A stretch of DNA of 64,000 nt from Squalus acanthias (Eukaryota). The notes below the pieces were generated by a model that was not told the DNA's origin, did no database searches, and saw only the letters and a program-made list of their open reading frames with translations. This document shows positions 12,334 through 23,049 of the stretch, piece by piece. Within the stretch, counting starts at the first letter, position 1. The number at the start of each line of letters is the position of its first letter. The DNA lies in contig CM059433.1 of the NCBI GenBank assembly GCA_030390025.1, forward strand, positions 20,524,001 to 20,588,000. The letters run 5' to 3'. Both the position numbers and the translations under genes were made by a program.

Positions 12334-12974
12334 TAAATCTTTAATGTAAATTGTGACCTATCCCCGTTCTTAAATATCGGTATTAAGTTAGCTATCCACC
12401 AGTCCTCTGGCACCACACCTTTTTTGAATGAATTATTAAATATTTTTCTGTCTTTTCATTCTGTCCCCCCGGCAGAAACCAGGCAGAACGGGAGTTTAAA
12501 CTGATGGGCTCTTTACAGGAACACAGGCCTAGAAATTCAATGCTGTAACATCGGCCGTTGAGGCTGGTTTCCTTCTGGCGCGGGACAATGTGGCCGCCAC
12601 TTTGGTAAGGGCCAGAGAACTGCCATTGACAGCACTGGCATCTCAAATTTAAATAAGCAGATTCTGATGTCAATCGGCGTGCAACGCCTGATTTGACGCC
12701 ACAACTGCTAATTTGGACATTCTCGCTCTCAATTACGCTGCGTCCTGAATATGCACAGACAAGCATGTGTGAAGCAGCCCTGCGAGACGCTGTCAGCACT
12801 TCTTATAGGGAAACACACATCTTTTAGGTAAGTTTGGATTTCAGCTTTTGGACTGGCTTTTTATATTTTATTGAAGTAGTGGATTGATGTAATAGATTAA
12901 AAAAGTTTTTAAATGTGCAGGGCGTGCTGCTGGACGCTTGCAAGGCTTTGGATGTAAAGAAGGCCTCCAAGAAG

Positions 12975-13126
12975 ACAGAAAATGCTGGAAATACTCAGCA
13001 GGTCAGACAGTATCCGTGGCGAGAGAAACAGACCTCATGTCTCAGGTCGAGATGCTGCCTGACCTGCTGAGTATTTCCGGCATTTTATGCTTTTATTTCA
13101 GATTTTCAGCATCTGCAGTATTTTGT
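12975..13126. mobile_element. Penelope-like terminal repeat in head-to-head hairpin form
   Basis: Inverted arms aaaatgctggaaatactcagcaggtcag / ctgacctgctgagtatttccggcatttt match the Penelope ends at 17037 and 30890; central part deleted. Confidence 0.8.
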
Positions 13127-13599
13127 CTCTGAGAAGACCACTTGCTCACAGTCTTAGGGGGCACATGGAGATGAAGCAGAGGCAGCAAAGGGACAAGCTA
13201 CCCGCAGAGGGAAGAGGAAAAGCAGAAGAGGAAGACGCAGAAGAGGAGGAAGTGGAAGGAAGGATGCAACCCAGACAGCCCATTTCTGGCCGGGATATCT
13301 GGGATGGAATCATCCGCCTGCGGTACCAGTGAACACAACCCCAATTCCCCTTTCAACATTTGTCCCACACCTTACCTGACCATCTTGGTCACGATGCTGA
13401 AATAAAAGCCACCACAAAGCAAACTTTCCAATCCAACTTTATACATCTATCCATCCAATACGACATCAAGAAATCAACTCATCACCCTTGTGCATTCCCT
13501 TAGTGACTGTCTTGTGTGTCCCTTTGCCTCTCCTAGTGATGTTACGCAGTGCTACCCTGGTGGCTGCAGTATGGCTGGTGGAAGGCTGCTGACTTTCAA

Positions 13600-14322
13600 T
13601 GCAGGACACTGCAAATGGCCTTGCTGGACAATCTCGAGGAGCTGGTGGCTGGGAGTGTCAAATCGAGTGACAGTGTTTCTATTTCTTCTTCTTCTTCACT
13701 CTCCACTCCCTCTTCTTGGTCAACTACTGGCTGCTGTGTGAAATGAGGATGGCACAAGGGTAGAGTTGTGGGGAGGGGAGGGCAGGAAAGCAGGAGCTGC
13801 ATGCTTACACCATGCATACCTTGTAAATCAGAAGATATTGTGGGATGAATGGGAAGTGGGATGTGAAATAAGAGGATCATGTATGAGGGAATGAGCAACT
13901 CGTATTCTTTCAACCCTGCTGCCGGCCAAGAGCTCAGCTGTGCCCCTGCCAAGAATGGCCAATACCGTCTCCTCCAAGGGGGTGAGGTGAAGCTTGGAAT
14001 GTGAGGTGTGCCTCTTTTTTGATAGAAATTGTTGGTAGGTGAGTGATGGGAGGTTGTTGTTCAATGAACAGTGTGTGAGGCTAGTGGTGCAGTTGGTAGG
14101 AGACAGCTTTTGATGATGCATTCACTGACCTTGACCACTGGTTTGAGGTCATGAAATTTCTTTGGGCACTGGAGCCAGGTGATCTGGTCCCACATCGTTC
14201 TTTCTGGAGTGCCTCCTGGCCCCTGTGGGTAGAGGACCTCTCTTGCAGTGTTGACCCCCTGCACAAGGCTGGAGTGCTGCGTGCGAGACCCTGAGTGCCC
14301 CTTCCCTGGCTTGCTGAGCCAT
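13600..14322 (-). pseudogene. Decayed Myb/SANT-like gene of a Harbinger transposon
   Basis: ATG at 14322 (MAQQARE..); REVLYPQG...MWDQITWLQCPKKFHDLKPVVK then donor gtcagt after 14130; later segments LTPLEETVLAILG and an acidic EEGVESEEEEE stretch. Confidence 0.72.
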
Positions 14323-14574
14323 TTGTGTCAGTGCTGAAGCACTTTTACCATTATTTAGATGCGGAAGGCAATTGAGCTTTAAGAACTGAAGACTGCCATT
14401 TGGGAATTATTTTTAATGTTTATTTTTTGTTCAAAAGGCAGTTGAGCTATAAGGGATGAAAATGGCCTATTTTAAATGATTTTTTTTCATTTTAGAAGGC
14501 AGTCCCCTTTAAGAGACTGAAACTGCTTTCTAAAATGACAGCCTCGCTTTAAGACAATGCTGTTCTTGCTTCAG

Positions 14575-17037
14575 GATTGCAGAGGGGGATAAAGCAAAGT
14601 ATAGGAATGCAGTAGTATTTGGGGATTCGATAGTGAAGAGGACAGACAGGCAGTTCTGCTACCGTCGACATGAGACCCGTATGTTACGTGGCCTCCCTGG
14701 TGCCAGGGTAAGGGACACCACAGAGAGGATGCAGAACATTTTGAGGGGGGAAGGGGAAGACACAGAAGTCGTGGTCCATGTCAGAACCAACGACATAGGT
14801 AGGAAGAGGGTTGAGGTCGTGCAAGCAGAGTTTAAGGAGCTAGGGAGAAAGTTAAAGAGCAGGACCTCAAAGGTAGTAATTTCTGGACTACTCCCAGTGC
14901 TACACGCTGGTGAGCGTAGAAATAGGAGGATATGGCAGGTTAATTTGTGGCTAGAGATATGGTGCAGGAGGGAGGGCTTCAGATTCCTGGGACATTGAGA
15001 CCAGTTCTTGGCAGGAGGGATCTGTTCAAGATGAATGGGTTGCACCTGAACAGAGCTGGGACCAATATCCTTGCAGGCAGGTTAACTAGTGCTGTGGGGG
15101 AGGGTTTAAACTAATTTGACGGCGTTGAGCACTAAGATGTAGTATTAAAAAGTAGAAACAAGGTGCACAGTGGACTGGGAGAGACAGTTAGAGTTAGAAA
15201 TAATACAGAATTAGGTAGGATCATAGAAAATACAAAGAGGTCTCAGTTAGGTTTGGAGTGCATGTGTGTAAATGCACTAAGTGTGAGTAATAAGGTTGGT
15301 GAGCTGCAGGCGCAAATAGCCACTTGGGAATGTGATATAGTGGCGATAACTGAGACCTAGCTCAAAAAAGGGAAGGATTAGATGCTTAATATTCCTGGGT
15401 ACAAGGTATTCAGGAAAGATAGGGAAGGAAAAAAATAGGAGGGGTAGCAGTTTTGATTAAGGAAAATATTACAGTGCTAGAAAGAGAGAATGTCCTTGAG
15501 GGGTCAAAGTCAGAATCTATTTGTTTGGAGTTAAGAAACAATAAAGGAGCTATTACGCTATTTGGTGTATTTTATAGGCCAACACATAGTGGGAAGCAGA
15601 TAGAGGAGCAGATTTGCAAAGAAAATAATGAAAGGTGCAAGAGCTACAGAATAGTGATAATGGGTGACTTTAACTATCCCAATATTGAATGGGGCAGTGA
15701 GTGTGTTAAGGGCAGAGAAGGGGAGGAATTCCTGAAGTGTGCTCAGGAGAATTTTCTTGATCAGTAGGTTTCCCGCCCAACAAGGAAGGAGGCATGGCGG
15801 GATCTAGTCCTGGGGAATGAAGTGGGTTAAGTGCAGGGTGTCACAGTCAGGGAGATTCTCGGGAATAGTGATCATAGTATCGTAAGGTTTAGATTAGTTA
15901 TGGAGAAGAACAAGGAGCAATCTAGTATAAAAATACTCAACTGGAGGAGGGCTAATTTTAGAGAATTGCGGAGGGATCTGGCCCGGGTAAATTGGAGTCA
16001 AAGACTGGCAGGATGAAATTTAATGAAGCAATCAGCAGCCTTTAAAGAGGAGAGGGTTCGGGTACAGTCTAGGTACATAAGAACATAAGAAATAGGAGTA
16101 GGCCATTCGGCCCCTCGAGCCTGCTCCGCCATTCAATAAGATCGTGGCTGATCTTCTACCTCATCTCCACTTTCCTGCACTATCCCCATCTCCCTTGATT
16201 TCCTTAATATTCAAAAATCTATCGATCTCTGTCTTGAATATACTCAACGACTGAGCCTCCACAGTCCTCTGGGGTAGAGAATTCCAAAGATTCACCACCT
16301 TCTGAGTGAAGACATTTTTCCTCATCTCAGTCCTAAATGGCTGATCCCTTATTCTGAGACTGTGACCCCTGGTCCTGGACTCCCCAGCCAGGGGAAACAT
16401 CCTCCCTGCATCTACCCTGTCAAGCCCTATAAGAATTTTGTATGTTTCAATGAGATCACCTCTCATTCTTCTAAACTCTAGAGAACATAGGCCTAGTCTA
16501 CTCAATCTCTCCTCATAGGACAATCCCCCCATCCCAGGAATCAGTCTGGAGAACCTTTGTTCCACTCCCTCTATGGCAAGTATATCCTTCCTTAGGTAAG
16601 GAGACCAAAACTGCACGCAATACTCCAGGTGTGGTCTCACCAGGGCCCTATAAAATTGCAGTAAGATGTCTTTACTCTTATACTCAAATCCTCTCACAAA
16701 GTGGGGTGGGGGCAACCAAAGGCAGAGCTCCCCGGATGATGAAGTTAGAGAGTAGGATGAAGCAGCAAACGGAGGCGTATGACAGATGTCAGCTTGATAA
16801 TACAAGGGAGAATCAAGCTGAATATAAAAAATACAGAGGAGAAATGCAAAAGGAAATAAGAGGGACAAAGAGACAGTCTGAGAATAGATTGGCGGCTAAC
16901 ATAAAAGGGAATCCAAAGGTCTTCTATAGGCATATTAACAGTAAAAGAGTTGTCAGAGGAGCATTGGGGCTGATTCAGGACCAAAATGGAGATCTATTGG
17001 TGGAGGCAGAAGGCATGGCTGAGGTACTAAATGAGTA
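14575..17037 (+). mobile_element. CR1 LINE: ORF1 esterase and ORF2 endonuclease region, degenerate
   Basis: GDS..LPGARVRD..VVVHVRTNDIG (14610-14998); DIVAITET, FYRP, IMGDFNYPNIEW, GNSDH (15163-16016); NIKGNPKVFYRHINSKR. Confidence 0.92.
16074..16697 (-). mobile_element. Younger CR1/HER1 3' fragment inserted antisense into the CR1 above
   Basis: Open frame EYKSKDILLQFYRALVRPHLEYCVQFWSP...WNSLPQ; tail (ttcttatg)n; very similar to 25660-26098. Confidence 0.93.
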
Positions 17038-17093
17038 CAGAAAATGTTGGCAATACTCAGCAGGTCAGGCAGCATCTGTGGAGAGAGAAACAG

Positions 17094-17130
17094 AGTTAAT
17101 GTTTCAGGTCGATGACCCTTCGTCAGAACT
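17094..17130 (-). ncRNA. Minimal type-I hammerhead ribozyme motif (Penelope terminal repeat)
   Basis: Minus strand: agtt-CTGACGA-agggtcatcgacct-GAAA-ca-TT-aact; stem I agtt/aact, stem II ggtc/gacc. Confidence 0.65.
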
Positions 17131-17712
17131 GGAAAAAGTTAGAGCTCTAACGGGTTTTAAGCAAGTGTAGGGGCAGGGAAAGGGGGGGAGGGGAGGAAAG
17201 AACAAAAGGGAAGGTCTGTGATAGGGTGGGAGGCAGGAGTGATTAAAAGACAAAAGGGATGATGGTGCAAGGCAAAAGGAGATGGTAATGGGACAAGTTA
17301 AGAAACAAAAGATGAGTCTAGAAGAGGTGTAAATGGGAATGGCAGAATCATCAACAGCTGCCATGTGGAAAAAAAAATAGGGGCAGAGGTTATGGTCTGA
17401 AATTGTTGAACTCAATGTTGAGTCCAGAAGGCTGTAAAGTGCCTAATCGAAAGATGAGGGGCTGTTATTCGAGTTTACGTTGAGCTTCGTTGGAACAGTG
17501 TAAGAGGCCGAGGACGGAGAGGTCGGAGTGGGAGTGGAGCGGAGAATTAAAGTGACAGGCGACCGGAAGCTCGGGGTCACGCTTACAGACTGAACGGAGG
17601 TGTTCCGCAAAGCGGTCACCCAATCTGCGTTTGGTCTCCCCAATGTAGAGGAGACCGCATCGTGAGCAGCGAACACAGTATACTAAATTGCAAGAAGTAC
17701 AAGTAAATCGCT

Positions 17713-18454
17713 TGTAAGATTTGGATCACAGGTCACACACAGATTACCCAAAGGGTCTTAGGAGTCATAGGTCACTTTATTAAGGAGCGGCAGGTTAAGT
17801 TAAGTACAGCATGAAATAGTTGACACACAACCCGTAACTGATGAGAGGGGTTTACCGGCCCCGGAACGGACGGACGGACGTTGAGGCAGAACGGTGGTCT
17901 CGGATCAGATCCCTGCAGCCTGCGGTAGCGATTTCTTCCTCTTTGGTCGTCTCCTGAGGCTGACGGAGATGTTAGGCCGAAGCCAGCATGGAATCCACCT
18001 CAGAGATTGAGCTTGAACAAGGTGTTAAGCCGAAGCTAGCATGAGATTCACCCCAGAGGAAGCTCTCCTCTTCTTTGCCTGTTTTTGGCTTTCGGCTGCC
18101 CGTTTATCTACCTTATTTCGGTGGGCCGGTGGCTACCTCGCGTCAATTATTTTTACCCATTCAATTGTCCAATTACAGAGGAGTAGGTACCTATGGCAAC
18201 CCCTCCCAGCCTCATGAGGTCATTTTCCTCCTTATCTCTGTCTGAATGTCTTGTTGCCATTTCAAGAGACAGCTTGTTTATCTTTAATGCTCCATAGCTA
18301 TGCCTTGAAGGCCTGTTTTTGTGTTCTGACCTTGTAATTCTGCTCTATATACAACTCTTTTTCTGACATGACTGGAATCCTTCTGTGTCATCAACTTAGG
18401 CAAACTGCTGATTTAGAGAACCCGTAGCAAACTATTATTTCTTCCAATCTTACA
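17713..18454 (-). mobile_element. Solo LTR, 742 bp
   Basis: TG...CA ends with 9-bp inverted termini tgtaagatt / aatcttaca; AATAAA on minus strand at 17776-17781; two ~37-bp internal direct repeats at ~17970 and ~18023. Confidence 0.85.
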
Positions 18455-18837
18455 GCTGTTTCACCTGGAGGGAGTGTTTGGGGTCCTGGACAGTGGGAAG
18501 GGAGGAGGTAAAAGGGCAGGTGTTGCATCTCCTGCGTTTACACGGGAAGGTGCCGGGCGAAGGGGAAGGGGTTTTGGGGGTGATAGAGGAGAGGAGCAGG
18601 GTGTCGCGGAGGGAGTGGTCCCTTCGCACCGTGGTTGACATGGCCCTCGACCGTCTCCATTCTATCTCCCGCACTTCTGCTCTCACCCCTTCCCCCTCCC
18701 TCCCAGAACCACGATGGGGTTCACCCCACCAGCCTTCACATTCAACGTAACATCCTCCACCACCTCCAGCATGATCCCACCACCAAACACATCTTCCCCT
18801 CCCTTTTCAGCATTTCGAAGGGACCGCTGCCTCCACA

Positions 18838-19188
18838 AAGAGGAGATTTGATAGAGGTGTTTAACATCATGAAGGGTTTAGATAGAGTAAACAAAGAGGA
18901 ACTATTTCCAGCGGCTGAAGGGTCAATAATGAGAGGGCACAGATTTAAGGTGATTGGCAAAAGAACCAGATGCGACATGATGAAAAATAATTTTACGCAA
19001 TGGGTGGTTAAGGATTTGGAATGCACTGCTCGAGAGGGTGGTGGATATAGATAAATACTTAAGGAGAAAAAATTGCAGGGATATGGGGAAAGAGCAGGGG
19101 AGTGAGACTAACTGGATTGCTCTTCGAAAGAGCTGGTGCAGATTCAATGGGCCGAATGGCCTCCTTCTGTGCTGTACTATTCTATGAT
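18838..19188 (+). mobile_element. CR1 3' end
   Basis: RGDLIEVFNIMKGLDRVNKEELFP...RGHRFKV; tail 'gggccgaatggcctccttctgtgctgt'. Confidence 0.9.
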
Positions 19189-19398
19189 TTGCAATCTGCC
19201 GGCAGCCTCGAGGCCGCACCATGTTTTCCTGCTGGCTCTCGGGCAGCTGCCTCTTTGCAAGGTTCACGGCGGATAGCTGGCTGGCAGGGTGTTAATGAGG
19301 CCTCGTCGTTAACATCCGCCAGGCCTCCCGCCCAGTCACCCAGGTGGGAAGTTCAACGGCTGCCCCTTTGCTTTCCAGCCAGGAGTCAAAATCTTTCC
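19189..19398. mobile_element. Probable distal end of a Harbinger element (possibly the one starting at 12526)
   Basis: GC-rich segment ending 'ggagtcaaaatctttcc'; only a weak match to the left end. Confidence 0.4.
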
Positions 19399-19974
19399 AG
19401 AATCTTGTTTGTGGGGAGTGTTACATTTTGAGGTTTCTCTTTGCCTTTTTACTGCAGTTATTTTCTTTGGCTTCCATGTTTCATAAAACTCTTCTAAGTC
19501 AGCCCTAACTCCTTAAGACTGTTTTCAATTATCCTGCTATCGAGATAAAATTCGCAACAGGCTAGGGAAATGAATAGGTAACCTTGTTTCAGATGATCTC
19601 AGATTCTGGTTCAAGCTGATGCTTTTACAGGATCCTCACTAATGTGACAGGAGATCAAAGTAAGGATAAACTAACTTGAAATGTTTGGGTCGCTGTTGTG
19701 CGTCGAGCAGTGTTACAGCTGACTGCCGCCCCATTCAGTTTGTAGCACTATTGCTGACAGCACCCCCAACTTCAGTGACAGCACTGTACTGTAAAAGAGG
19801 TGGCACTGCTTCTTCTGGAGGTGCCAAGATCCATCTGAAGTAGTGAGGTTTGTTGTTGTCTCTGAAGCAACATCCCAAGCGGCAAAATAAACATTAGCTA
19901 GCGCTGGAGTCTCAGCCCAGTCATAAAGGTGGTTTTGTGCTCCTGGCCTGCATGTATATTCCCCAGCCACCTGG

Positions 19975-20700
19975 GAAAAGAAACAAACACTTCTAAAGCA
20001 TCTTTGACATCCTCAGGACATCCCAAAGTGCTCCTCAGCCCTTGAATTACATTTGAAGTGTAGTCACTGTTGTTATGTAGACACACATGGCAACCAATTT
20101 GTCCACAGCAAGGCCCTGCAATCAACAGTAAGAGAGAATCATCGAAACTTACAGCACAGAAGGAGGCCATTCGGCCCATCATGCCTGTGCTGGCTCTTTG
20201 AAAGAGCGGTCGTGCTTAGTGCCGCACCTCCACTTTTTGTCCGTAACCCTGTCAGTTCCTCATCCTCAAGTACCTGTCCAACTCCCTTTTAAAATTATTC
20301 ATGGAATTAGCTTCCACCACCTTTTCAGGTCGAGCGTTCCAGATCCTGTCAACTCTGACTGAAAAAATTCTCCTCATCTCCCTTCTAGATCTTTTGCCAA
20401 TGATTTTAAATCTATGACTTCTAGTTATTGACCCACTCGCCAGACCATTTAATTTGTTTTGGTGGTGTTGTTTGAGGGATGAATGTTAGCCATTTATATT
20501 TGAGTAGTGCTATGGGATCTTTAATATCTACCTTAACAGATAGATGGGTCCTTGGTTTAACATTTCATCCGAAAGACAATGACAATGCTGTACTCCCTCA
20601 GTGCTGCACTGAAGCTTCAGCATCTGTTATGTGCTTAAGTCCTGTCGTGGAGCATGAACCAATGACCTTCTGACTTAGAGACAAGAGTGTTACCACTAGC
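19975..20700 (-). mobile_element. DeuSINE interrupted by a CR1 3' fragment (~20135-20445, minus strand)
   Basis: SINE tail 19975-20125 and head 20460-20700 flank 'cagcacagaaggaggccattcggccc...' CR1 tail. Confidence 0.8.
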
Positions 20701-20740
20701 CATGCTGGCAAGTAGAAGGCATAGTGTGGCCAGAAACAAA

Positions 20741-20906
20741 GGGGCTCATTTTAATTTAGTACTCTGGGTGGGCAACCAACGGGATCGGGTAGAATATTGC
20801 TTTTCCACTCTGTCCAATATTACTCCACAAATGGCAAGTAAAATTGGGCAGGGTTGCACCCGATCTCGTCAGTTTCTCAACGGGCAGGTTAGGATAAAAT
20901 TGTCCC
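20741..20906. mobile_element. Short Harbinger-type MITE
   Basis: aaa|ggggctcatttta...taaaattgtccc|aaa. Confidence 0.6.
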
Positions 20907-21229
20907 AAATAGTTTGAAATTTTGCTATGCAATACATTAGTAACAGATATATTAACATGTTTGCATGAAATTTTTATGTACACTATTCCCCAATTAAAAT
21001 AGCAGGCGAAGAAATTCCATATGTAATTGTTAACATTTTTGTATCTAATATAATTTCAACTCAAAAATGTTAAATGACAACTTAAACACAACTGCACGTC
21101 TGTAAATGTTTTATTCCAGTGCTGAATACACTCCACACTATTTTGTCGCAGCACTAAAAGCCTTGGGCAGTGTGACAGAACCTTTCCAAGAGGCAGTTCT
21201 GCAATCTAAAAATGCTTTTATCACGAGAT

Positions 21230-21560
21230 AATTACAGATGAGGAAGACTATTTGGTCCAATTTAGTTCCTCTATCCAGAATGACCCTAAAGTCTCCCAAT
21301 TGCAGCATCCAATTGTGTCTTAAATGATTCCAAGCTTTTTGCTTCTACTATTTTGTGAGTGCATTTCCTGTGTTAACCACTCTTTGTGTGATGTACATTC
21401 TAATATCAGTCGTAAGTTTACCTTTTGCGATTTTGTATCTGTGTCCCCTTGTCCTACTCTCACAATTTAATTTAACTTGAAGCAATTTTCCAAATTTACC
21501 TTTTCTGTATCATTTATTATATTATTTATGTTGATAAGACACCTCCTTTTAAGGCCTCTT
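21230..21560 (-). mobile_element. Old CR1 3' fragment
   Basis: 'ttaaccactctttgtgtga', 'ctgtgtccccttgtcct' are decayed antisense copies of TQRVV and RTRGH motifs. Confidence 0.6.
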
Positions 21561-21707
21561 GACTGCAGATGTGTGGTAGTTCCACAGCTGGTGCCACTCC
21601 GTGATATAAAGCGAGTGAACTCTGGAGATTCAATGGCATCACAAACCCAGCTTTTCCTGTCTCAGGAGCTGTTCCTGAGTCTTCACTTAAATGTAAAACT
21701 GCAGAAC

Positions 21708-22268
21708 AGGTGTCAGCCGTGGCTCAGTTGATAGCATTCATGCCTCTGAGTCAGAAGTAAAAGAAGAAGAAGAAAAAGGTCTTGCATTTATATAGTGCCT
21801 TTCATGACCACAGGACGTCCCAAAGAGCTTCACAGCCAATGAAGTACTTTTTGAAGTGTAGTCACTGTTGTAATGTAGAAGGTGGTGGGTTCAAGTCCCA
21901 CTCCAGAGACTTGAGCACAAAATCCAGGCTGACACTCCAGTGCTGCACTGTCGGAGCTGCCGTCTTTCAGGTGAAATGTTAAACTGAGGCCCCATCAGCC
22001 CACTCAGGTGAGCGAAAAGATCCCACGGCATTATTTGAAGAAGAGCAGGTTAGTTCTCCGCAGTGTCCTGGCTAATATTTATCCCTCAACCATCATCACT
22101 GAAACAGATTATCTGGTCATTATTTCATTGCTGTTTGTGGGAGCTTGCTGTGTGCAAATTGGCTGCCATGTTTTCTGCATTACACTAGTACTTCATTGGC
22201 TGTAAATTTCTTTGGGACACCCTGAGGTGATTAAAGGTGCTATATAGATGCAAGTCTTTCTTTCTTTC
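21708..22268 (+). mobile_element. SacSINE1-like DeuSINE with an inverted SINE tail inserted at 21758-21876
   Basis: tRNA-like A/B boxes (tggctcagttga; ggttcaagtccc), Deu core, tail 'gctatatagatgcaagtctttc'. Confidence 0.88.
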
Positions 22269-23049
22269 TATAGTCCTTCTTTTTACAATGGAAGTTATGG
22301 GTCTTCGGCTTCCATTGGAAGTTGACTGGAATACTGACTTGCTCCTGCTTGCTTTGGTCTGCATTTGGAATCCACACAGTGATTGTGTTCAAATGCAGAT
22401 ACTGCTGTGAGCAAGAACATTATAGTGAGGGAGGGGTGTATGAATAAGTAAATGCACAAATCATTCGGCAACCCATTATGCTATTAAAACAGTCGTCTTA
22501 GTACTCACTTTAGGAATTTTTTAATCACATGCATTAAATTGTATTGCTGTGACCAGATGTTTATGACTTGCAATTTTCTCTTTGAAAATGTGGGCTCCTA
22601 AACCTATTGCCTCAGAGACACTAGCAATATTTTATTTAAAATGTAATGCAAATTTCAATGTCCAATTCAATTTAACAAGAAAAAATCTTACATTATTAAT
22701 GTGATCCTTGATTTGTGGTGTGTAATTAATAGGCCACCTCAAGCTTCCTATCTGTAAATCGATCCTCTGGCACGCAACTCATTTAGGTTTTCCACACCTC
22801 CCTCTTTCCAGTGAGATTACTCAGCCTTTGGGGATTAGTGACCAATGCATGAACTGGTATGGAGTATAACTCTCTCAGATAAAATCCTCATACGAACTGA
22901 GATAAAAAAAAGACTGAAAACATTCAAAAGAGTTGTCTTCTTTATGTTTGAATCAACAAGTGGCATTTGTCACACAATAGCTGGCAATTTCTGACAGTTA
23001 CCCCCTTTTACCAGGAGGGTACCACTCTACCAATGAACACACAACAAAC

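Larger units (their letters stand above)
9742..12360 (-). mobile_element. CR1 LINE 3' portion (RT C-terminus and tail), interrupted by two Harbinger elements
   Basis: ORFs 9834-10097 and 10367-10642 (WQMKFNADKCEVLHFG; RRNFFTQRVVRMWNSLP); the CR1 text resumes at 11417-11440 and after 12334. Confidence 0.92.
12526..14575. mobile_element. Harbinger transposon remnant: transposase C-terminus on + strand, multi-exon Myb/SANT gene on - strand
   Basis: Left end ggcctagaaatt; acidic HARBI1-like C-terminal tail (EEEDAEEEEV...GRDIWDGIIRLRYQ, 13140-13332); convergent Myb/SANT remnant. Confidence 0.7.
17037..18835 (-). mobile_element. Penelope-like retroelement 3' part (GIY-YIG endonuclease and terminal repeat), split by a solo LTR, with an inverted distal segment
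   Basis: Minus strand 17385-17685 reads VYCVRCSRCGLLYIGETKRRLGDRFAEHL...HFNS...GLNIEF; upstream PGTFPCKRRRCNTCP at 18480-18560. Confidence 0.9.

Noticed and set aside
16161..16868. 235-aa ORF as a host gene
   Set aside because: Chimeric read-through from the antisense of one CR1 into a second CR1 3' fragment
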